In this document: positions 48,271 to 57,062 of the stretch, piece by piece | Layout: each line of letters opens with the position of its first letter | Numbering within the stretch: position 1 is the first letter of the stretch | From: Nemertoderma westbladi | Lineage: Eukaryota; Animalia; Xenacoelomorpha | NCBI GenBank assembly: GCA_032718475.1 | Contig: JAUCBJ010008928.1 | Coordinates: forward strand, 62,001-126,000 | Direction of reading: 5' to 3' | Length of the DNA: 64,000 bases | Program-made: the position numbers and the translations under genes | The notes under the pieces: generated by a model | Databases searched by the model: none | Seen by the model: the letters and a program-made list of their open reading frames with translations, nothing else | Told to the model about the DNA's origin: nothing

Positions 48271-51200
48271 ATGCCTATGTCTACCAATAAAGTTAGCTGC
48301 CCCATCTGCGACAAAGAGATGCGGAGTGATAATCTAAAATCCCACATTAAAATTCATTTCGCGCAATATAGATGCGACTGTTGCCCGACTTGGTCCTCGG
48401 AAAAGAAGACGCTGGTTGGCCATCTTGTTTCGTGTCCTCAGGGGGGAACAGGATTTAGTTACGTAAACGAGCCAGCCGATTGCCGCTGCGGGGATTCGCT
48501 CACCCTATCATCCTTTTCTGAGCATGAATGCTACACTCGACTTTTTTCGTGGAAACGCAAAACTCCGACTACCTCCCACTCATCCCCCATCAACTCTACT
48601 CCAGAACAAGTCGGCGGCGGCGGCTCCAATAATGAACCTTCAACTTCACGAGAATCTATTTCCCCAAACAATCCATTTCAACCACCCTCCAACGGAAGCG
48701 CACACGGACGACTGTTTACCTATAACAATGACCTCGCAGAAACAAGACTCGACGCTGAATTAACATTAAACGAAAATTTTCCACACATTCAAGAACACGT
48801 TAGTAGCCATTTACGTAGTGCCATGGGAACTTTTTTAAGAGTCTGGCTTACAATCAATATCGTAATGGAGCGTGAAACCAGCGAGGGATTTCAAATTGAA
48901 TCATTCTGTTTTAAATCTAGCGGTAACAATAATCAAATTCTGAATAATAGCGACTTTAATAACTGGTTTTCTAGCGCCGTCAATCGTATCGATCAACTGT
49001 TAAGCGTGTTTCTCTGCCTCGGCTCGGGTTGGCGCATAATAGCCATCGAGCGAATAACTATTGAGATTGCGCGTTCCCAACGCAACCCCTATTTAAAGGG
49101 TCAAGGCTTCAATAAATCTAAATTATTATTAAATAAAAAATGTACCGTAAGCGTAGACTGCCCGCTGGGGGAATGCTTTAAATACGCAGTATTGGCCGCC
49201 GCAAATTATAAGAAAATTGATAGAAAAAATAATAATATCAAAAGAATTTCAACGTATACTCCTTTCCTAAACATGTTTGATTTTTCCAATTTAAGTTTCC
49301 CGGTGGACAGAGTAACTGGTATTCCCCAGTTTCTGAAAGCCAACCCTATATACTGCATAAACCTTCTTTATTGGAGTAATACGGAAGAACTCTCCATTCT
49401 AAGTCAACCAGATAGCGCGCACTGTTCCGGTAAAACTGTACTAAACTTATTATTTATCGAAGCCACAAGCAAAAACCCCGCCCACTACGTAGCTATTACT
49501 AACATAGATAGATTAATAAATACTAAAGCTACTTCTACCGGCAACAAGACGCACTGCGAACGCTGTCTCAGAGCCTTTTACACTGACAAATCATTGGGAG
49601 AACATCGAGAGCGCTGCTATACGGGTAAACGCCAGCTCGAGTATATGCCCGAAAATCTCTTGGTTAAATTTGACAGGTACGATAAGACTCTATCCCCACC
49701 TTTCTGTATATACGCCGACATTGAAACTATTCTAGAACCTACAAACAATATTAAACTCCCACAGAAACATATAGCTAGCGCGGCAGCCTTTTATACAGTA
49801 CCAAATCAGAAATTAATTAACCCTCCTAAAACAGATGTTCAAATTTTCCGCGACGATGGCAGTAACCACGTAATGCGCGACTTTCTAACCGCTATGGAAA
49901 GTCATTGTAGGGAGTTATACGATTGGTCCATTTCTAGTACAAACACGCACGCCCCCATGCAACTCACTACTAGCCAACAAACTGACTTTAATAACGCTAC
50001 ACAATGCTACGTCTGCAACTGTAATTTAACCCCCGATTCTCATAATTTAAACCTCAATGACAATCTCAGCACCAAAGTCCGCGATCACGATCATTATAGC
50101 GGGGAGTATCGAGGGGCTGCTTGCGTCAGCTGCAACAGGAAACTTTCTCTAAAACGGAATAATTTTTATATTATATTTCATAACTTGAGGAAATTCGATA
50201 TGCATTTACTACTAAAAGAAGGAATGACCGATAGTTCTAGAACACACTGGAAAATGACTGTAATACCAAAAAACACCGAAACTTATATTCACCTTAAAGT
50301 TAGCTTTCCAATCGATCCGAGTACACCAACAACCAACGCTAAAGAAAGTATCTCCATTAATTTTCTAGATTCCTATCAATTTATGACTGCCAGCCTAGAT
50401 AATCTTAGTAGTTATCTCACTAAAAATAACAGTAACCTAGCAACAGCCATACCCCATACACTAGCTCAAATGACCCAACTCTATCCCATCATTAGCGATA
50501 TCACAATAAAGAACAAGGGCGTATTCCCATATTCCTACATTCAAAATATTTCAAACCTACACGAAACTACACTCCCCCCAATAGAAAGCTTCTATAATGA
50601 TCTCAAATTGGAACAATGTAGCGCAGAAAACTATCAGCGCGCGCTTACTACTTGGGATGAATTAAACTGCGCAACAATCTTCGACTATATGATTGGTTAT
50701 TTGGTCCTAGACGTTACCCTATTGGCTGATACTTTCGAGCAGTTCCGATCCCTCTGTCTTACTAATTATGGACTCGAGCCCGTAATGTACTTCACTGCCC
50801 CTGGATTAACTTACGACGCGGCGCTGAAATTCACGCAATCAGAAATTCAATTACTATCAGACGCTCCCATCTACTCGGACTTTGAAACAAATATTAGGGG
50901 TGGTCTAGTTTTCTTGAATACACATTCCGTAGACGCAAATATTCCCGATAAACCCGACTACGACTCCAGTCTCCCCGAGAAATATCTAATTCCCATCGAT
51001 GCGAATAACCTTTACGGCTGCGCCCTGAGCCAGAAACTTCCCTACGCTAATATTAAACTCGTAACTACGCCCATAGACCTAGCTACAGTAGACGCGAGTG
51101 GGGATACTGGTTATTATTGCATAGTTGATCTACATTACCCGAAAGAAATTCATGATTTGACCGCCGATCTGCCTCTAGGAGCGGAGAAGATGTCAGTCCC

Positions 51201-52326
51201 TAAATCCTTTCTTAGTGAATACATGGAAGATCTTTGGGAGCATTACAATCTCACCGATACGGCTACCTGTAGACCATACAACGATACCTGTACTAAGCTA
51301 CTACTACATCAGTTTAATAAGGTTGAATACGGTATCCATATTAAGCTACTTCAACTCTATTTGAAGCTCGGTCTTAAACTTACACAAGTACATAGGGTCT
51401 ACTCTTTCTCGCAAAAATATATTTTCAAGGACTACATTAGTTTTAATACGAATAAAAGACAGTCGGCAAATAACCCATTCGAGGTCCTATTTTATAAGTT
51501 GATGAACAATGCCTTGTATGGGAAATGCCTCCAAAAGGTTAGAGACCGCGTTTCTTTCAGGTTATGCAATAGCGACGAACAATGCGATTTGCTCTTAGCC
51601 AAGCCCAACCACGAATCGTTTGTTGTATTTACCCCCAACTTGATTGGGCATACTTTCACTAAAGAGGCTGTTTGCCTAAATCAGGGCGTGTTCATCGGTT
51701 GCACTATACTAGATCTATCTAAGCTACAGATGTACGACCTATTTTACAACAAACTGAAACCTCTAGAACAAAAACTGGATTGCCAGATTCGCTGTCTAGC
51801 CGGTGACACGGATTCTCTAATGCTAAGCGTAACTAATACACCACAGCTAACCTTTCTACGGGCAATGTTTGAGGGTGGTTTCCTAGATACTTCCAACTAC
51901 AGTACAACACATCCACTCTATACCATTAAACATAAAGCGGCTCTCGGCTTCGTAAAAGATGAGAGCTGCGGTTTGCAGTATAAACAGTGGGTTTTCCTTA
52001 AACCAAAGGTCTACAGTTTTCAATCCTACGATGCCCCAATCAAGAAAACCGCCAAAGGTGTATCTAGATCGGTTGTCGCTAAGCAACTAACACACGAGGA
52101 TTATGCAGACTGTTTTGAAAACGAGGCAATGCTCTTCCGCTATAACTCTACCTTCACTTCTAGAAAGCATCAAATTTTTACTGGTCATGTCTATAAGAAG
52201 GCACTAACGCTCTGGGATACGAAATCATATTGGAGTAGTAAATATAGCAGCAAACCATACGGACACTATAGCACTAAGCTTGTTAGACCGGCGAAACGAG
52301 TAGTAATCCCCCCTACTAGGATTTAA
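48271..52326 (+). CDS. polB: protein-primed family B DNA polymerase with N-terminal zinc finger and inserted endonuclease VII-like HNH domain
   Basis: Exo I YADIET, Exo II FHNLRKFD, Exo III YLVLDV; Pol motifs DANNLYG, KLMNNALYGK, GDTDS, KVY and AKGV; CYVC...VRDHDHYSGEYRGAACVSCN; C2H2 CPIC...HIKIH. The ORF is intact. Confidence 0.96.
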   Translation: MPMSTNKVSCPICDKEMRSDNLKSHIKIHFAQYRCDCCPTWSSEKKTLVGHLVSCPQGGTGFSYVNEPADCRCGDSLTLSSFSEHECYTRLFSWKRKTPTTSHSSPINSTPEQVGGGGSNNEPSTSRESISPNNPFQPPSNGSAHGRLFTYNNDLAETRLDAELTLNENFPHIQEHVSSHLRSAMGTFLRVWLTINIVMERETSEGFQIESFCFKSSGNNNQILNNSDFNNWFSSAVNRIDQLLSVFLCLGSGWRIIAIERITIEIARSQRNPYLKGQGFNKSKLLLNKKCTVSVDCPLGECFKYAVLAAANYKKIDRKNNNIKRISTYTPFLNMFDFSNLSFPVDRVTGIPQFLKANPIYCINLLYWSNTEELSILSQPDSAHCSGKTVLNLLFIEATSKNPAHYVAITNIDRLINTKATSTGNKTHCERCLRAFYTDKSLGEHRERCYTGKRQLEYMPENLLVKFDRYDKTLSPPFCIYADIETILEPTNNIKLPQKHIASAAAFYTVPNQKLINPPKTDVQIFRDDGSNHVMRDFLTAMESHCRELYDWSISSTNTHAPMQLTTSQQTDFNNATQCYVCNCNLTPDSHNLNLNDNLSTKVRDHDHYSGEYRGAACVSCNRKLSLKRNNFYIIFHNLRKFDMHLLLKEGMTDSSRTHWKMTVIPKNTETYIHLKVSFPIDPSTPTTNAKESISINFLDSYQFMTASLDNLSSYLTKNNSNLATAIPHTLAQMTQLYPIISDITIKNKGVFPYSYIQNISNLHETTLPPIESFYNDLKLEQCSAENYQRALTTWDELNCATIFDYMIGYLVLDVTLLADTFEQFRSLCLTNYGLEPVMYFTAPGLTYDAALKFTQSEIQLLSDAPIYSDFETNIRGGLVFLNTHSVDANIPDKPDYDSSLPEKYLIPIDANNLYGCALSQKLPYANIKLVTTPIDLATVDASGDTGYYCIVDLHYPKEIHDLTADLPLGAEKMSVPKSFLSEYMEDLWEHYNLTDTATCRPYNDTCTKLLLHQFNKVEYGIHIKLLQLYLKLGLKLTQVHRVYSFSQKYIFKDYISFNTNKRQSANNPFEVLFYKLMNNALYGKCLQKVRDRVSFRLCNSDEQCDLLLAKPNHESFVVFTPNLIGHTFTKEAVCLNQGVFIGCTILDLSKLQMYDLFYNKLKPLEQKLDCQIRCLAGDTDSLMLSVTNTPQLTFLRAMFEGGFLDTSNYSTTHPLYTIKHKAALGFVKDESCGLQYKQWVFLKPKVYSFQSYDAPIKKTAKGVSRSVVAKQLTHEDYADCFENEAMLFRYNSTFTSRKHQIFTGHVYKKALTLWDTKSYWSSKYSSKPYGHYSTKLVRPAKRVVIPPTRI

Positions 52327-52340
52327 TTTTATTTTTCTAG

Positions 52341-52856
52341 AATAAGAAATTGAACAACAAAATAGAAATAACCAATAAACAGTTTACCGGAAAAAACATT
52401 GCCAAATTTGAACTAGATAAAATTTCACAGCAAATTACAGGTCAAAGTTGCTTAAAACCAAACATGTTTATCTACAAAGGTGACGATTCAACTATAATGC
52501 TATTTCCCAGCGGCGCAGTAACAATTGTAGGCCTGTGCAATAATTTAGCTAGTGAATTGCTTTATTTAAAACAAACTATCGGGATGCAATTGCAAAATTT
52601 GAAACTTAATACCGAAACACGAACTATTATTTTTCCAAGCGTTAATTTTAAATTATTAATGAAAAAATGTGGACATCATACAATTAATAATAAAGCAATA
52701 TTTATTAGCTATACCCCCGAATTATTTTGCGCGATTAGAATATATATAGGACATGCATATTTCAGTGTATTTCATAGTAATAAAATCGTTTCCATGTGTC
52801 CAGCCGGTGAATTCCCCGAATCATTATCTATTTTACAAACTTTATTATTAAATTAG
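52341..52856 (+). CDS. divergent TATA-binding protein (TBP)-fold protein, probably a spliced exon
   Basis: Two TBP-like repeats: KIEITN...FELDKI...STIMLFPSGAVTIVG and LKLNTET...VNFKLL...SYTPELFCAI...FSVFHSNKIV. There is no ATG at the start, and a phase-0 acceptor TTTTTCTAG ends at 52340. Confidence 0.8.
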   Translation, partial: NKKLNNKIEITNKQFTGKNIAKFELDKISQQITGQSCLKPNMFIYKGDDSTIMLFPSGAVTIVGLCNNLASELLYLKQTIGMQLQNLKLNTETRTIIFPSVNFKLLMKKCGHHTINNKAIFISYTPELFCAIRIYIGHAYFSVFHSNKIVSMCPAGEFPESLSILQTLLLN

Positions 52857-52919
52857 TTTATTTACTATGGTATACATGAAAGTTTACTATATTATTTATT
52901 TTGTATTGGTTTTTATTTT

Positions 52920-53640
52920 TCCGTGAGTAGGATTTGAATCCGTGACCATCCGTGTTACCTACTTTTTATAATTGCATTAGTAGGACTCGAACCCTGGTTT
53001 AACTTATTTTGTGTCGGATTTATAATGGTCGCGAGTAGGGATTGAACCCGTGACCTTCTGTTTTTCCTAATTTATGTTTAGTTTAGTTATTCTAGTTATT
53101 CTATGTTTACTTTTTATATTTTCATGATTAGGATTCGAACCCTGGTTTAACTTATTTTATGTTGGATTTCTAATGGTCGCGAGTAGGGATTGAACCTATG
53201 ACCTCCTGTTTATTTTCCATAAAACGGGATACGAGTAGGGATTGAGCCCGTGACCTTCTGTTTTTCCTATTTTATGTTTAGTTTAGTTACTCTAGTTATT
53301 CTATGTTTACTTTTTATATTTTCATGATTAGGATTCGAACCCTGGTTTAACTTATTTTGTGTTGGATTTATAATGGTCGTGAGTAGGGATTGAACCCGTG
53401 ACCTTCTGTTTTTCCTAATTTATGTTTAGTTTAGTTACTCTAGTTATTCTATGTTTACTTTTTATATTTTCATGATTAGGATTCGAACTCTGGTTTAACT
53501 TATTTTGTGTTGGATTTATAATGGTCGCGAGTAGGGATTGAACCTATGACCTCCTGTTTATTTTCCATAAAACGGGATACGAGTAGGGATTGAGCCCGTG
53601 ACCTTCTGTTTTTCCTATTTTGTGTTTAGTTTAGTTACTC
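52920..53640 (-). repeat. tandem array (148/200-bp units) of Pol III B-box / tRNA 3'-half-like motifs
   Basis: Repeated minus-strand GGTCACGGGTTCAATCCCTACTCGCGACCA and CAGGGTTCGAATCCT. More copies lie at 54165-54440. Confidence 0.8.
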
Positions 53641-53649
53641 TATGTTAAA

Positions 53650-55217
53650 GTGAATTTTCACCTTATATTTATGTTAAATTATAAATTTATGTTACAATTA
53701 TTATTTATATTATAAAAACAGAATTATTCGAGTTATATTGCATTATATATTTTACATTGAAGTGGAATACTTTAGATGCTGGGGGGGGGGGGGGGGGGGA
53801 ATCTGGTTTGCGAGGGATATTTGAATGGTGAGTATAACTATCCTTGAGAGCTAGTGCAACGCTATCTCACCATGGATGGGCTTTACCACTGTACTCGCAT
53901 CTGCTCTCTCATTGGCTGCTCGATGCCTCCGATTAAGGGTCTAAGACCTTCAAGCTGGTCATTTGCTTAGTTCTCTAATTGGAGGGATGTGAGTTTGCAC
54001 GCTAGAAGAGCTTTATTCTTTTTCCTAGCTCTTGGTTAACTCTAGTACACTCTAGTTTTGACTCTCCCGGCTATAGTGATAGTATGCAACCTTGGGAGTT
54101 AATGTGAGAATATATTTCAATGTATTTCATAGTAATAAAATCGTTTCCATGTGTCCTGCCGGTCCCTGGTTTAACTTATTTTGTGTTGGTTTTATAATGG
54201 TCGCGAGTAGGGCTTGAACCCGTGACCATCTGTTTATCCTTTTTTGTGTTTAGTTTAGTCTAGTTATTCTATGTTTACTTTTTATATTTTCATGTCTAGG
54301 ATTTGAACCCCGGTTTAACTTATTTTGTGTTGGTTTTATAATGGTCGCGAGTAGGGATTGAACCTATGACCTCCTGTTTATTTTCCATAAAATGGGATAC
54401 GAGTAGGGATTGAGCCTGTGAGCATATGTTTTTCCTATTTTACCTCTTCTTCTCCATCTTTCTCACTCAAATTTTCCTCATTTTCTAGGGGTAACTGTTT
54501 TTGTATCCCTTTCAAAATATTCACAACTTTATGAAATTTATTTTCCATTGGCTGTTTTATATTTAATATATCACGCTCATCTCTCTTTTTCTTTTCATCT
54601 TCACTAAAAATATCTTCGGATTTTTTAAATTTTTTGGTAACGGAGCCATTAGTTTTTCCTTTCTATATGTTTCCATATGACGAGATAAATTGTCTTGTCT
54701 CATTTCTTTATTACAAACCAAACAACTTTCATGTCTATGCATTATATAGCAATGTCATTTGATAATATTGAATTTTCACATCATATTTATGTTAAATTAT
54801 AAATTTATGCTACAATTATTATTTATATTATAAAAACAGAAATATTCGAGTTATATTGCATTATATATTTTACATTGAAGTGGAATACTTTAGATGCTGG
54901 GGGGGGAATCTGGTTTGCGAGGGATATTTGAATGGTGAGTATAACTATCCTTGAGAGCTAGTGCAACGCTATCTCACTATGGATGGGCTTTACCACTGTA
55001 CTCGCATCTGCTCTCTCATTGGCTGCTCGATGCCTCCGATTAAGGGTCTAAGACCTTCAAGCTGATTATTTGCTTAGTTCTCTAATTGGAGGGATATGAG
55101 TTTGCACGCTAGAAGAGCTTTATTCTTTTTCCTAGCTCTTGGTTAACTCTAGCATACACTCTAGCTTTGACTCCCCCGGCTATAGTTATAGTATGCAACC
55201 TTGGGAGTTAATGTGAG
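53650..55217. repeat. internal duplication within the Maverick
   Basis: 53650-54107 is repeated at about 54768-55217. 54110-54163 copies the TBP-like gene end (52757-52808), followed by array units. Confidence 0.9.
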
Positions 55218-55417
55218 TAAAGGCCAAGAGATTAGACTTCAGGCTCCCTCTATTGGTTCATTCTTCTTAACTTTATAAAATAACTCAACCCGTATTTAAA
55301 GTTTTAAAAATTATGACTTAGTCGACTAATTTTCCAAAGTATATTATAAAAACATATAATTTCTTGAATAGATAGACCTAATAGTAATAAATAATGTGGG
55401 GGTAAATACATTTATAA

Positions 55418-56305
55418 TTAAGGTAACTGTAGCTCGAGACTGGGGCAATCAAGTGTTCTAACTAAGGTTCTATAGCAACTCCGATAGGCAATGATCGATA
55501 ATGGTGGGGTCCCTGAGAGTAGATAGAGTGTATTATTCTCCAAATAGTTCCCAGGAAGTAAGAGGCTACGTTGCACCTTGCGGTGGTAGGCGTCGAGTTT
55601 GTCGATATCCTTTCGGCGTAGGGATCCAATAGTCAGAGTTAATCTGTAGATTATGACAGGGACGGCGAGTGTGTTCCACATCTTAAAGATGGTCTCTAGG
55701 TTGAGCCACCTTGCTGTCCATCCTTTGGTATGGAAAACTTGCGACATCATGGCTATTGTCTGGATAACATTGTGGAGGTTGCTAGCGGGGTTAGAATTTC
55801 CCAGTTTGTGTCCGAGGAATTTCAGATGGTTCGACATTTGGATTAGTGATCCGTTGACTGTAATGAAACATTCCTTGTGGGTCATATAGTTACGGTTTAG
55901 GATCGTCCATTTTGTTTTCTTCATGTCGATTTGGAGGGATACCAGAGCGGCTTCCCGTATGAGTATTTCGCACATCTTCTCGACGGATTTAAGCGAGGTT
56001 CCCAGGAGTAGGTAATCATCAGCATAGGCCACTGTACCAAGCCAGGATGTGTCAATTCGGCATCCGAGGTTACTATGTTCTATTCTGCTTAAGATGTTGG
56101 AGGTGTAAAGATTGTAGAGGATAGGTGAGATGAGTGATCCCTGTTTCAATCCCCGCGAGACTTTTATTGGAGTTGGGTCGACTAGATCGCCGAATTTGAG
56201 GAAGATTTTGCTCGATCCAAAGTAAGCTAAGATAAGGCAAATACTGTAAGGAGTAACTGTAAGGGACAACTGCGCTCCCAATCTCGCTCGCCGGCCGGTC
56301 CTCAT
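55418..56305 (-). CDS. partial non-LTR-type reverse transcriptase (from motif 4 onward plus thumb)
   Basis: RGLKQGSLISPILYNLY, AYADD, LQIDMKKTK, LKFLG and PVIIY. It has no motif-3 Asp (D..KAFD) and no endonuclease. Confidence 0.85.
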   Translation of the reverse strand: MRTGRRARLGAQLSLTVTPYSICLILAYFGSSKIFLKFGDLVDPTPIKVSRGLKQGSLISPILYNLYTSNILSRIEHSNLGCRIDTSWLGTVAYADDYLLLGTSLKSVEKMCEILIREAALVSLQIDMKKTKWTILNRNYMTHKECFITVNGSLIQMSNHLKFLGHKLGNSNPASNLHNVIQTIAMMSQVFHTKGWTARWLNLETIFKMWNTLAVPVIIYRLTLTIGSLRRKDIDKLDAYHRKVQRSLLLPGNYLENNTLYLLSGTPPLSIIAYRSCYRTLVRTLDCPSLELQLP

Positions 56306-56507
56306 GCAAATTTAGCCTATGAGAAAATAAATAATTTATTTTATAATTAAATAATAATTTATTATTTAAGTAATTGCTTTATAGCCATCTTGGTAATTCT
56401 TATAACGTTAAAATTATTGTAATTACTCAAATTAATTTCTATTCAAACTGCATATTGCTTTAACCTATTTTATTATATCATATTATATAAAGGAATGTTA
56501 GTATTAA

Positions 56508-56933
56508 TTAAAACTTACACCATGGTTCCTCCCTAAAATCCTCTGTTTCCTCCCAGTTTTCCTGGGGAAAAGGGTAAAGGAAACGTTGTTCCTCAGCCGC
56601 TGCTATCTCTTTCAGAACATATTCCTGGTACAAATACTGATCGTACCAGTTGGAGGAGGTCCGAAGCCCTTCCACTCGCGCTTCCTCCAATGCTCGAATC
56701 TCGAGCTCTCGATTAACCAAATCCTCCTCCCACGCCATCTCCTCTTCCTGATCCCTCATATAACGGCCATAGGGAGTGACCGCTTCCGACCTGCTCTCCA
56801 TGGTCTGTGTACCGACGCTTCTGGTCATGGTTGTGTTGATAGCGTTGGAAGCAGTGGTGATGGATGTAGCTGTGGTGGTGATGGAGACCGATGCCACGGG
56901 GGCAGCTAGCTGGGTGCTGGAGGTGGAATCCAT
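56508..56933 (-). CDS. small Thr/Ser-rich, acidic orphan protein (about 141 aa), possibly exon 1 of a spliced gene
   Basis: Kozak ACCATGG at 56933, an upstream TATA-Inr, and a GTAAGT donor at 56518-56513 just before the stop. Confidence 0.6.
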   Translation of the reverse strand: MDSTSSTQLAAPVASVSITTTATSITTASNAINTTMTRSVGTQTMESRSEAVTPYGRYMRDQEEEMAWEEDLVNRELEIRALEEARVEGLRTSSNWYDQYLYQEYVLKEIAAAEEQRFLYPFPQENWEETEDFREEPWCKF

Positions 56934-57025
56934 GGTATTGATTAATTGGTAAATTAACAAGTTTAAAATTGTAAACGCAAAAGTTTAAAATGTAGAATAA
57001 ATCACATAAAATTTTTCGAGCTCAA

Positions 57026-57062
57026 AACTGATGACGAATGAAGGCCCAACTCGGTTTATATA
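57026..57062 (-). promoter_or_regulatory. TATA-Inr core promoter
   Basis: Minus strand TATATAAA (57062-57055) and TCAGTT with its A at 57029, about 31 nt downstream. Confidence 0.65.

Noticed and set aside
52920-53640. tRNA gene cluster
   Set aside because: Only B-box and 3'-end-like pieces are present, with no D arm, anticodon arm or acceptor pairing.
55418-56305. Penelope-like element, telomerase, retron or DGR RT
   Set aside because: The motifs (GLKQG..SP.LYN, YADD, KTK, FLG) are LINE-like. There is no GIY-YIG, and the nearby direct repeats are explained by a local duplication that includes part of the TBP-like gene.
57025-57045. Hammerhead ribozyme core (CTGATGA)
   Set aside because: No stem II plus GAAA follows. 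The site reads better as an Inr on the minus strand.
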